Of a stretch of 64,000 bases of DNA, positions 13,301-25,580 are shown piece by piece (position 1 is the stretch's first letter; every line of letters starts with the position of its first letter). Below the pieces are notes generated by a model that saw only the letters and a program-made list of their open reading frames with translations, did no database searches and was not told the origin of the DNA. This DNA is from Anaeramoeba ignava BMAN (lineage: Eukaryota; Protista; Anaeramoebae). Position numbers and translations under genes: made by a program. Where the stretch lies: contig JAPDFW010000022.1 in NCBI GenBank assembly GCA_028826165.1, positions 762,478 through 826,477 on the forward strand, given 5' to 3'.

Positions 13301-14179
13301 GCAATCCAAAACGGGGCGTATCCAATATTATCATTACTTCGTGGAACAGGAGAAAACTGCACGACATTTTCACTTGCGAACACGACACTTGCAACGAAAA
13401 AACTAGCATCACCCGCATATTTTGGAGTTATAGGAATCAACACAACTGATGGATCAAATAAAGCTCAAGCATCAATTTTAATTCGAGATCGTGACACAAT
13501 TTCTCAAGTGATTACTCCAGTTCGTTTAACGACAAATTGGTGGGCTTATCAAGACAACACAGACCCCTCAAAATCACCTCCTCCTGGAGATCTACGAAGA
13601 TCTAAAGTAAATTCCTCAATGGTTCTTGCAGATCCACAAAAATGGAGTTTGGATTATTTGGTTCAATTTATGAATTTTTATCCGATTAGATCTCAAAAAA
13701 CCGTTTGGTATTTCGCTGCAATCCCGAATAATAACTCTTTACAAACCCAGATTGTCAAATGCAATCCTGTTTATAATTCTGCTTATATCGAAACTTCATG
13801 CACTATTTGTGACACTAATTGCAATCAAGGAAAATGTAATGAAGTTAAAGCTACTTGCACTTGCAATTCAGGTTTCAAAGGAACAAATTGTGATCAACTT
13901 TCCGTTTCGGAAACTTCTACAAGTTCAACAAAAGATGGATCTGCTCGCGCTCTTGGTGCAATTTCATTTATTGGTTTTCTTGCTATAACTTTTGTTATAA
14001 TTTTTCAATGGTGGAAAAATAAAAGAGAAAACGATAATGAAGATAATGAAGATGAAGATGAAGATGATGATGAAGATGAGGATGATGATGATAATGAAGA
14101 TCATAATGGTAAAGGTAAAGGTAAAGGTAAAGGTAATGAAAGTGATAGTGAAAATTCTGATTGGGTTGAACATATTTAA
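10305..14179 (+). CDS. Acid ceramidase/NAAA-like Ntn-hydrolase with C-terminal EGF-like domain, TM helix and acidic tail (exons 10305-10810, 13204-14179)
   Basis: Signal peptide; PPIYELNLSLGPYDRW (acid-ceramidase N-terminal motif); LNILYELETF-CSVLI (autocleavage Cys). YPG|LFG is joined across a 2.4-kb phase-2 intron. CDTNCNQGKC...CTCNSGFKGTNCD is EGF-like, followed by hydrophobic ALGAISFIGFLAITFVIIF and a D/E-rich tail. Confidence 0.8.
10811..13203 (+). repeat. Intron consisting almost entirely of an 11-bp satellite (ATCAAATTTAT/ATCAAATTTAA)
   Basis: About 2.4 kb of the 11-mer between GT at 10811 and AAG at 13201-13203. Confidence 0.92.
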
Positions 14180-14422
14180 ATCAAAATAATCCACAAAAAA
14201 AATCTTTAAATTGACTTTTCCTTTCTTTTCATGTTTTCTTTTTCTTTTTCTTTTTTCTTTTTTCTTTTTTCTTTTTAAATAAATTAAAATCGGAAAATTC
14301 TCCTTTTTCTTTTTTTTATTTTTTTTCTCCTTTTTTTTAATTTAAAAAAATTTTTTTTTTTTCATTTTTTCTTTTTCATTTTTTTCTTTTTTCTTTTATT
14401 TTTTTTTTAGAATTAAACAAAA

Positions 14423-17400
14423 ATGAGTAGATCAAGAGGTTCAACTGTTTGGGTTGGAAATTTAAGTTATAGAGCAACTTCAAGAGATTTATCGTAATTA
14501 ATTTCAAATAAAAAATTAAAAATAAATTTTAACGTTTTATTTATTAATTTTTAATTAATTTTTTAGTAAAACTTTTTCTCAATTCGGAACAGTTATTAGA
14601 GTTGATATTCCTTATTTACCTGGAACTGATAGACCAAAAGGATTTGCTTTTATTGAATTTGAAAAGTAACAAAATCTTATTTTTTATTTATATTTTTTTT
14701 TTAACATTTAAAATTGACGTCTTTATTTATATTTTTATTTTTATTTATATTTATATTTTTATTTATATTTATATTTATTTTTATTTTTATATTATTTTTA
14801 GACGTGATGATGCAGAATATGCAATTAGAAAAATGCGTAAATATTTATCATTTTCCTTCTTTTATTCTTTATTAAAAATTTTAACGTCAACTTAATATTT
14901 AAATTTTTTATTTTAAAAAAAAAAGATCGAACAAATTTAGATGGAAGACAAATTGTTTGTGAATGGGCTGGAGCACCTCCAGCAAGAAGAAGATCACCTA
15001 GAAGGTAAATAATAATAAAATAATAATAAAATAATAATAAAATAATAATAAAATAATAATAAAATAATATTAAAATAATATTAAAATAATAATAAAATAA
15101 TAATAAAATAATATAAAAATAATTATTAAAAATAATATTAAAATAATATTAAAATAATAAAATAAAATAATAATAAAATAATTAAAATAAAATAATTAAT
15201 AAAAATAATAATAAAAAAATTAAAATAATAATAAAATAATAAAATAAAATAATAAAATAAAAAAATAATAAATAAAATAATAATAAAAATAATAATAAAA
15301 AAATAAAATAATATTAAAATAATAAAAAATAATAATAAAAATAATATTAAAATAATATTAAAATAATAATAAAATATTAAAATAATATTAAAATAATATT
15401 AAAATAAAAATAATAATATTAAAAATAATAATAAAAAATAATTAAAATAATAATAAAAATTAATAAATAATAAAAAATAATAAAAATAATATTAAAAATA
15501 ATAAAAAAAAATTAATAAAATAATAATAAAAATAATATTAAAATAATAATAAAAAATAATAATTAAAAAATAATAAAATTAATAATAAAATAATAAAAAT
15601 AAAATAATAATAAAATAATATTAAAATAATAATAAAATAATAATAAAATAATATTAAAAAATAATAAAAATAATATTAAAATAATAATAAAATAATATTA
15701 AAATAATATTAAAAATAATATTAAAATAATATTAAAATAATATTAAAAATAATATTAAAAATAATATTAAAATAATAATATTAAAATAATAATAAAATAA
15801 TATTAAAAATAATATTAAAATAATAATAAAATAATATTAAAAAAAATAAAAATAATTAAAAATAATATAAAAATAAACAATAAAAATAAATTAAAAAAAT
15901 AAAATAAATAACAAAAAAAAAAATAAAATAAATTAAAATAATAATAATAATATGTAAAAATAATAATAAAATAATAATAAAAATAATATTAAAAATAATA
16001 ATAAAAAATAAAATAATAAAAAATAATATTAAAAAATAATAAAATAATATTAAAATAATAATAAAAATAATAATAAAATAATATTAAAATAATAATAAAA
16101 TAATATAAAAAAATAAAAAAATAATAATAAAATAATAAAAAAAAATAATAATAAAATAAATAAAAAAAATAAAAAAACAATAATAAACAAAATAAAAAAA
16201 AATAACAATTAAAATAATAATAAAAATAATAATAAAATAATAATAAAATAAATAAAAAAACAATAATAAAAATAATAAAAATAATTAAAATAATAAATAA
16301 TAAAAATAATAATAAAATAATATTAAAAACAAAAACAATATCAAAAATAATATAAAAAAAATAATATTAAAAATAAATTAAAATAATATTAAAATAAAAT
16401 TAAAAATAATATTAAATAATATTAAAATAATATTAAAATAATAATATTAAAATAATAAAAAAATATTAAAATAATATTAAAATAATATAATAAAATAATA
16501 AAATAATAAAAATAATATTAATAAAATAATAATAAAATAATAATAAAATAATATTAAAATAATAATAAAATAAAAATATTAAAAAATAATAATAAAATAA
16601 TATTAAAATAATAATAAAATAATATTAAAATAATAATAAAATAATAATAAAATAATATTAAAATAATAATAAAATAATAATAAAATAATAATAAAATAAT
16701 ATTAAAATAATATTAAAATAATAAATTAATTTTCCTTTAAAAATAATCCAAATCAAATAGATATAGAAGAAGTCCACCAAGGTATAATTATTTTTTTTAA
16801 TTTACTTTTTATATTTTTTTTTGTTTTGATATAAAAATAATTTTTATAGATCAAAAAAGAAATATTCTTAAACATCAAAACAATCTATATTTTTTGATCA
16901 AAGCAATCAATTACTTTTTAAAAATATATATTTGTTCTGAATGAGTTCTACTACTTTTCTTTCTTATATTTGGTTGGATTTTTCCTCCTTCTTTGTTCTT
17001 TATTCTTTTTTATCTTTTCGAATTTTTCTTTCTTTTGGAATTTGTACTTATTTCCAATTGCCGTGTTTCATTTCTTCTTTTCTTTCTTTTCCTCCTTCAT
17101 CAAAAATAACATTTAATTGGTTTCTGTTGGCATTTTTTTTTTGAATGATCCAGAAAAAAGGATTTAATATGGATAATTGAATTTTTTTATTAAAAAACTA
17201 TATTTTTTTTTGAAAATAACAATATTATTATTAAATATCAAAAACAAACAAAATCAAAAATCAAAAATCAAAAATCAAAATCAAAAATCAAAAATCAAAA
17301 ATCAAAAATCAAATATCAAAAAAAAATCAAAAATCAAAAATCAAAAATCAAAAATCAAAAATCAAAAATCAAAAATCAAAAATCAAAAATCAAAAATCAA

Positions 17401-20136
17401 AAATCAAAAATCAAAAATCAAAAATCAAAAATCAAAAATCAAACAAAAACAAAAACAAAATCAAAAACAAAAACAAAATCAAAAATCAAAAATCAAAAAT
17501 CAAGAACAAAACATATGGATCTATTCAATCTTTTCGGATATTAATTAACAAATTTCAAATATTAATTCAATTACATGACAAACAAAATATGAAATGAAAC
17601 AAGAAAAATACACGGAAATATTTTGGAAAACAAATTCAATTTCAAATCGAAACAAACCTTTTTCAAAGAAAAAAAATTCGAAAAAAAAAAACTGTTTTTT
17701 ACATATTAAAAAACAAGAATCTCCTTCGACTCCGTCATTTCTGATTTTATGGCGTTACTGTCGATTCTTTTCATGTTCTTGTTTCTTCTTCTCTTTTTCC
17801 TGTTTCTCCTTTTCTCTTTCATTTTTGATCTCCTTTTTCTTCTTTTTTCTCCGTTTCAAGTTTTTTTTTTTGTATTTTTTCTTTCAGAACTGTCCTTTCA
17901 TTTTAATATATTTTTTTTAATTAATTTCATTAATATATTTGGCTAATATTCATTCTTTTCTTTCTTTCTCTTTCTCTTTTATTTCTATTAATTATCATTA
18001 GTTATAGATATTCTCCTTATAGAAGTCATCGAAGGTATTTTTATTTAATTAATTTTATTTAATTTATTTATTTTATTTTAATTTATTTATTTAAATTTAT
18101 TTATTTAATTTAATTTATTTATTTAATTTAATTAATTTATTTAATTTTATTAGAAGTCCTCATTCATCTAGAAGAGAACATTCACCTCGAAGGTAAATTT
18201 AAAAAGAAAATATTCAATTACATGAAATATTTAATTTGAATTTGAAAAGAATATTTAATTTGAATTTAAAAAGAATATTTAATCTAAATTTAAAAAGAAT
18301 ATTTTTTATAAATTTAAAAAGAATATTTAATTTAAATTTAAAAAGAATATTTAATTTAAATTTAAAAAGAATATTTAATCTAAATTTAAAAAGAATATTT
18401 AATTTGAATTTAAAAAGAATATTTAATCTAAATTTAAAAAGAATATATTCAATTACATGAAATATTTAATTTGAATTTAAAAAGAATATTTAATTTAAAT
18501 TTAAAAGAATATTTAATTTAAATTTAAAAAGAATATTTAATCTAAATTTAAAAAAAAGAATATATTAAATTACATGAAATATTTAATCTGAATTTAAAAA
18601 GAATATTTAATCTAAATTTAAAAAGAATATTTAATTTGAATTTAAAAAGAATATTTAATTTAAATTTAAAAAGAATATTTAATTTGAATTTAAAAAGAAT
18701 ATTTAATTTAAATTTAAAAAGAATATTTAATTTGAATTTAAAAAGAATATTTAATTTAAATTTAAAAAGAATATTTAATTTGAATTTAAAAAGAATATTT
18801 AATCTAAATTTGAAAAGAATATTTAATCTAAATTTAAAAAGAAAATATTTAATTTAAATTTAAAAAGAAAATATTAAATTACATGAAATATTTAATTTGA
18901 ATTTAAAAAGAATATTTAATTTAAATTTAAAAAGAATATTTAATTTGAATTTAAAAAGAATATTTAATCTAAATTTAAAAAGAATATATTCAAAATGAAA
19001 TATTTAATTTAAATTTAAAAAGAATATTTAATTTGAATTTAAAAAGAATATTTAATTTGAATTTAAAAGAATATTTAATCTAAATTTAAAAAGAAAATAT
19101 TTAATTTAAATTTAAAAAGAAAATATTAAATTACATGAAATATTTAATTTAAATTTAAAAAGAATATTTAATTTGAATTTAAAAAGAATATTTAATTTGA
19201 ATTTAAAAAGAATATTTAATCTAAATTTAAAAAGAATATTTAATTTGAATTTAAAAAGAAAATATTAAATTACATGAAATATTTAATTTAAATTTAAAAA
19301 GAATATTTAATTTGAATTTGAAAAGAATATTTAATTTAAATTTAAAAAGAATATTTAATCTAAATTTAAAAAGAATATTTAATTTGAATTTAAAAAGAAT
19401 ATTTAATCTAAATTTGAAAAGAATATTTAATTTAAATTTAAAAAGAAAATATTCAATTACATGAAATATTAAATTACATGAAATATTTTTTATAAATTTA
19501 AAAAAAATAAATAGAGGAAGAAAACATTCAATTTCACCATATGGAAGAAGATCACCTTCAGATTCACTTTCACCACGTCGAAGAAGAAAATCATATTCAC
19601 GTTCACCATCACCAAAAAATAAGTATTCAAAAAGCGATTCACGTTCACCATCACCAAAACATAAGTATTCAAAAAGCGATTCACGTTCACCATCACCAAA
19701 GCATAAGTATTCAAAAAGCAATTCACAATCACCACCAAAAGAAAAGCATTCAAGATCACCTTCACCAAAAAGAAGCGATTCAAGATCACCTTCACCTAAA
19801 AGAAAGGATTCACATTCACATTCACATTCACATTCACATTCACCTTCGCCTAATCAAAAACAAAAAGATTCACATTCACATTCACATTCACATTCACATT
19901 CTCGATCACCTTCACATTCACATTCTTACTCAAAATCTTCTTCACCTAAAAGAAAAAACTCAAAATCTCATTCAAGAACTCCTTCTTTACCAAGAAATTC
20001 AAGATCTCATTCTCCTTCTCAATCTCCTAATCAAAAAGACAAAATTCAAACACCAGATTCTCCTAAAAATGATGTAGAAGAAACTCATGATTCTTCTCCT
20101 AAAAATGATGATACAAAAGATGATAATCAAGTTTAA
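14423..20136 (+). CDS. SR-family splicing factor (single RRM plus RS/SP domain); exons 14423-14493, 14567-14665, 14802-14836, 14926-15004, 16761-16781, 18008-18034, 18154-18192, 19515-20136
   Basis: RNP2 VWVGNL, RNP1 KGFAFIEF, DAEYAIRKM and LDGRQIVCEWA, then RRSPRR/YRRSPPR/YSPYRSHR microexons and a long RSPSPK/SHSH terminal exon. All junctions are GT-AG and in frame. Confidence 0.88.
15005..16735 (+). repeat. Intronic AT satellite (AATAATAAAAT-type, about 11 bp)
   Basis: Direct inspection. Confidence 0.88.
18220..19480 (+). repeat. Intronic 24-bp minisatellite (AATTTAAAAAGAATATTTAATTTG/A)
   Basis: Direct inspection; it generates the spurious NLKRIFNL ORFs. Confidence 0.9.
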
Positions 20137-20419
20137 ATTTAATAAAAATGAAATTTTCTTTTTTTCTTTGTTCAATCAATTGAAAAGACAACAAAGAAAT
20201 TAATCCAAATTCCTTTTTTTCTTTTTTCTTCTTTTTCCTTTTTTCTTTTTTCTTCTTTAAAAAAACAACAATCAATAAAGAAAAATTTTTCTTTTTCTTT
20301 TCTTTTCTTTTCAACGGATTAACGTTTTTTTTTTCTTTTTTTTTTTCAATTTTTCTTTTTTCATTTTTTTTCTTTTTTCATTTTTTTTTTTTTTTTAAAA
20401 GGAAAATTTTTAAAACAAA

Positions 20420-23400
20420 ATGAATCCAGATCGTTCGACATTCCAAATTTCAAATTTTTTCAAAATTATTCCAAAAAATAAAAATAAAAATAAAAACAAT
20501 AAAAACAAAAACAAAAACAAAAACAAAAACCACAAAACAAGAAAAGTATAATAAAAAAAAATATAAAAAATTAAGATTAAGATTAAGATTAAGATCAAAT
20601 AATGATAATAAAAAACAATATAAAAAATAACAAACGTTTTATTAATATTCAATCTTATATCTCATCACAAAATTAATAGCAAAATAAACTCTTCATCCAA
20701 AGTTAATTTTTATGGACAAACTCATTTTTTTTCTTCAAAAAACCCATTAATTAATCCCCGAATCAAAATACAACATTTCCATTTACCTCAATCACCAAGA
20801 AAAACAAAGTCAGAAACTCAAGAGCAAGAACCCAAATCAAATATAATTCCACTAAATAGTGAACTAAATAATTCGTTAATTAATCCTATTAATGGTTTCA
20901 AAAATGATTCGGATGATTCAAATTATAATTTAAAAAATATCCCAAAAAATAAACCAAAAAAAAGAAAAGATTCTTCAAAAGATGATTCACTCCAAAAATT
21001 CAAGTCTGTTTCCCAACATAATTTAAGCAAACTCCAAAATTTCAATTATTTTTATGATTCTCCAATCCTCAAAAAAAGAAAAACAAAAAATTCCAAGAGA
21101 AAAAAACAAAGTGATTCAATTCACAAAGAAAAAACTCAATCAACACCAAAAACATCCAAAAATAAAAAAACACATTCTCTATTCCAAGAAATGGAACAAA
21201 AACCACTTTCCCATTCCCCAAAAAGAGTTTTAAATAAACCACAAACCAAAAATTCAAAATCTCCACTTTCATTTCAAGCAAAAAATGAAAAAACAAATTT
21301 ATCATCAACTAATTTAAACATAATAAAGTCTAATTCTTTGCAATTACAACAAAAACCAAAACTCCAAAGAGTTTTTCGGCCTTTTATGAATATGAATATG
21401 AATATGAATATGAATACTTCTCAAAACAAATTTTCAACTCCAAATATAAAGTCAAAAAAAATCTCGCAAAACAAAAATATCAATTTAACTTCACACATTA
21501 ACCAAAAAAAGACACAATCAAACGATAGTTTTGATAAAAGACTAACAAAGTCATTGAACAAAAATAACGAAATTATTTCAAACAAAAATCGTAATAATGA
21601 TTCATTTATCTCAAATAGCCAAATTTTTAAGCACTTCAATTCTTATCCAAAGCCAAAAAAATCATATTCCTTTTTGAATCTGAAAAACATAAAATCGGAA
21701 TTTTCTTTTGATTCTTTATCACAATCCCAATCGCAATCCCAAAGCTCTTCAATTTCTTCTCCATTAAATTTAACACAAGAAAAATCAAATTTATTATCAA
21801 GAAACAGCATTCAAAAAGAAACAAGTTCCTTACTAAAAAGTCCTTCTTTTGAAAACTCAGGCTTAAAAAATGCTGATTCTTATATTTCACATTTACAAAA
21901 ATTAGAAAACCAAAAACAGAACATGATCACTAACAAAATGAATACAAAGGAAAATCAAAACTTATACAAACAAGATAATGATGAATTTTTGGGTGATTTG
22001 AATCAATCTCAAAGTTATCATTCTGAAGATGAATCAAATATAAATCATGAATTCCCACCTAAAGATAATTTTAACCAAGATGTTTATCCATTTGAATATG
22101 AGATGGATAAAAGTAGTTATAATTCTGGAGATGAATCAAATCATGATATTAACAGTCCAGTTGAATTAGAAATAGAAATAGAACCAGAATTAGAATTAGA
22201 ACCAAAATTAAATCCAAATAATAATGAAAAAAATAAATAAAATAATGAAATAAATCAACAAAATAATAATGAAATAAATCAACAAAATAATGAAATAAAT
22301 AAAGAAAATAATGAAATAAATCAACAAAATAATGAAATAAATCAACAAAATAATAATGAAATAAATCAAGAAAATAATGAAATAAATCAAGAAAATAATG
22401 AAATAAATCAAGAAAATAATAATGAAATAAATCAAGAAAAAATAATGAAAATAAATCAACAAAATAATAATGAAATAAATCAAGAAAATAATAAAATAAA
22501 TAAAGAAAATAATAAAATAAATCAACAAAATAATGAAATAAATCAAGAAAATAATAAAATAAATCAACAAAATAATAAAATAAATCAACAAAAAAATAAT
22601 GAAATAAATCAAGAAGAAAATAATGAAATAAATCAAGAAAATAATAAAATAAATCAAGAAAATAATGAAATAAATCAAGAAAATAATAAAATAAATAAAG
22701 AAAATAATGAAATAATTCAAGAAAATAATAAAATAAATCAAGAAAATAATAAAATAAATCAAGAAAATAATAAAATAAATCAACAAAAAAATAAAATAAA
22801 CCAACAAAAATATAAATCAAAAGATGAATTAAAACAATATAAATCAGAAGATGAATTAAAACAATATAAATCAAAATATGAATTAAAAAATTATAAATCA
22901 GAAGATGAATTAAAACATTATAAATCAGAAGATGAATTGAAAATAGAAATTTATAAATCAGAAGATGAATTAAAATATTATAAATCAGAAGATGAATTAA
23001 AACATTATAAATCAGAAGATGAATTAAAACATTATAAATCAGAAGATGAATTAAAACATTATAAATCAGAAGATGAATTAAAACATTATAAATCAGAAGA
23101 TGAATTAAAACAATATAAATCAGAAGATGAATTAAAAAATTATAAATCAGAAGATGAATTAAAACAATATCAATCAGAAGATGAACTAAAATATTATAAA
23201 TCAGAAGATGAACTAAAACAATATAAATCAGAAGATGAATTAAAACAATATCAATCAGAAGATGAATTAAAATATTATCAATCAGAAGATGAATTAAAAC
23301 AATATAAATCAGAAGATGAATTAAAACATTATAAATCAGAAGATGAACTAAAACAATATCAATCAGAAGATGAATTAAAACAATATAAATCAGAAGATGA

Positions 23401-25501
23401 ATTAAAACAATATCAATCAGAAGATGAATTAAAATATTATAAATCAGAAGATGAACTAAAATATTATCAATCAGAAGATGAATTAAAACATTATAAATCA
23501 GAAGATGAATTAAAACAATATCAATCAGAAGATGAATTAAAAAATTATAAATCAGAAGATGAACTAAAACATTATAAATCAGAAGATGAACTAAATCATT
23601 ATAAATCAGAAGATGAATTAAAACATTATCAATCAGAAGATGAATTAAAAAATTATAAATCAGAAGATGAATTAAAAAATTATAAATCAGAAGATGAATT
23701 AAAACAATATAAATCAGAAGATGAACTAAAACATTATAAATCAGAAGATGAACTAAAACATTATAAATCAGAAGATGAACTAAAACAATATCAATCAGAA
23801 GATGAATTAAAACAATATAAATCAGAAGATGAATTAAAACATTACAAATCAGAAGATGAATTAAAACATTATCAATCAGAAGATGAATTAAAATATTATA
23901 AATCAGAAGATGAATTAAAATATTATCAATCAGAAGATGAATTAAAACATTATCAATCAGAAGATGAATTAAAACATTATAAATCAGAAGATGAACTAAA
24001 ACATTATAAATCAGAAGATGAATTAAAACATTATCAATCAGAAGATGAACTAAAATATTATCAATCAGAAGATGAATTAAAATATTATAAATCAGAAGAT
24101 GAATTAAAATATTATCAATCAGAAGATGAATTAAAACATTATCAATCAGAAGATGAATTGGCATATTATCAAAATAATTTATCATACCATTTAAATACTA
24201 ATCAAGGAATCATTTATAATATAAACAAAATATCTCAAAGACAAAAAGATTTTATAAGAAATAAATCAATTGAAGATCAAATTAAAAACCGAACTTATTT
24301 CCAAAAATTCATACCAAAAAAACATCAAAAAAACCTCAAAATCCAAAAAGAAGTAAATTATTTTAAACAAAAATCAAAAATCACTTAAAATATTAATAAT
24401 ATTTTCATTTTAAATAATTGATTTTATACATTTTTTATTGAATAGAATTTGGACAGATATCTTGAAACAAATAGATTGAAACTTCAAGAAAATTACGAAG
24501 ATATTTGGCTTAGAATTGCAAAAAAAAAACTTAAAACAGAAAAATTAGAAGGTCAAATTGCAACAGAATATTTCAAACTCAATTCTAAATGGTTTGCTAA
24601 AACCAATATAAAAAATTCAACAGTTAAAAATACACGAAAAGTAATTTTTAAACATTTCATAAAAAAGAAAAAAGAATAAAAAATTTATAAATCCAATTTT
24701 TGATTTAGACGAAGAAAGAAAACTTTAAAGAAAAATATCTCCTTAAATTTTATAATAAACTCAAAGCTGAAGTTCCTCCAATGATTATTGATGAAAAAGA
24801 AAGAAAACGGAATTATTTTAATTCAAAAAATTCATTAATTATTCCAGAAAAAATTCATGAAAGTCATAGAAATAAATTTTGGACAAAAGAAGAAAAAGCA
24901 ATATTTTTTGAAAAGTAACCAATCAAAATTATTCATTTATTCTTTTAATTATTTATTCTTTTATTCTGTTATTTATTCTTTTAGATTTTCTTCAAATACA
25001 AAAAATTTTAGAGAAATTTCACATTTTCTTCCAAACAAAACAATTCCTGATATAATTCATTTTTTTTATATTAACAAAAAAAAACCTGATTTCCAAAAAA
25101 ATTTCAAAGAAAATCATAAACAAAAAGGAGATAAAAAATTATTTGATGAAGGAGCAATTAAACCTAAAAAAATCAGAAATCCAAAATCAAAACCAAAATC
25201 AAAATCAAAATCAAAATCAAAATCAAAATCAAAACTTCAAAAAGCTTTTTGGTCAGAAGAAGAAAAATTACTTTTTTTTCAACTTTTAGCTCAAAATGGA
25301 AGAAATTGGGATTTTATTGCTCGAAATTTTCCATCAAAATCACGTCAACAAGTTATGAATTTCTATCATAATTATAAAAGAAATTATGACTTATCAGAAT
25401 TTGAAAATCACTTTCAAAATTCTCATCATAGAAATAAATCAAAAAAAGAAAAAATTGATCCAGAAGAAATATATAAAAGAATTAAAAAGAAAAATTTGTA
25501 A
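20420..25501 (+). CDS. NCoR/SMRT/Snt1-like double-SANT corepressor with long low-complexity N-terminus; 5' end uncertain, one in-frame TAA at 22238-22240
   Basis: The spliced C-terminus (introns 24353-24445, 24641-24708, 24915-24984) gives AEVPPMIID...NSLI...WTKEEKAIFFEKFSSNTKNFREISHFLPNKTIPDIIHFFYINKK (NCoR-type SANT1/DAD) and WSEEEKLLFFQLLAQNGRNWDFIARNFPSKSRQQVMNFYHNYKR (SANT2). One reading frame is open from about 20620 to 24352 except for a single TAA. Confidence 0.75.
22811..24160 (+). repeat. Coding 27-bp tandem repeat, about 50 copies, encoding Y[K/Q]SEDELK[H/Q/Y/N]
   Basis: TATAAATCAGAAGATGAATTAAAACAT units, in frame within ORF 22445-24388; preceded by an NNEINQE repeat at 22241-22810. 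Confidence 0.95.
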
Positions 25502-25580
25502 AAAAAAAAATAAAAAAAAAAGGAAAATAAAAATTTTCCCTATTAATAAAAAATTTTTTTTTTTTCTTTTCTTTTCTTTT

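Noticed and set aside
18236-19721. NLKRIFNL and similar ORFs, also 34224-34829, 39642-39969, 40089-40872 and 45764-46126
   Set aside because: These are translations of intronic or intergenic satellites with no protein-like complexity.
19541-20077. His-rich 178-aa ORF in the track
   Set aside because: Wrong frame. The splice phase selects the RS/SP-rich frame (19516-20136).
22238-22240. Possible TAA stop-codon reassignment
   Set aside because: TAA terminates many conserved genes here (CDC45, TSEN34, CRNKL1, V-ATPase c) at expected positions, and long ORFs lack internal TAA; this is a single case.
22811-24160. Regular repeat array resembling CRISPR
   Set aside because: The units are contiguous with no unique spacers, lie in a reading frame, have no cas genes nearby, and the context is eukaryotic.
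22149-24185. 678-aa minus-strand ORF (LIHLLIYNV repeats)
   Set aside because: It is the antisense shadow of the coding 27-bp repeat; the plus frame connects to the SANT exons.
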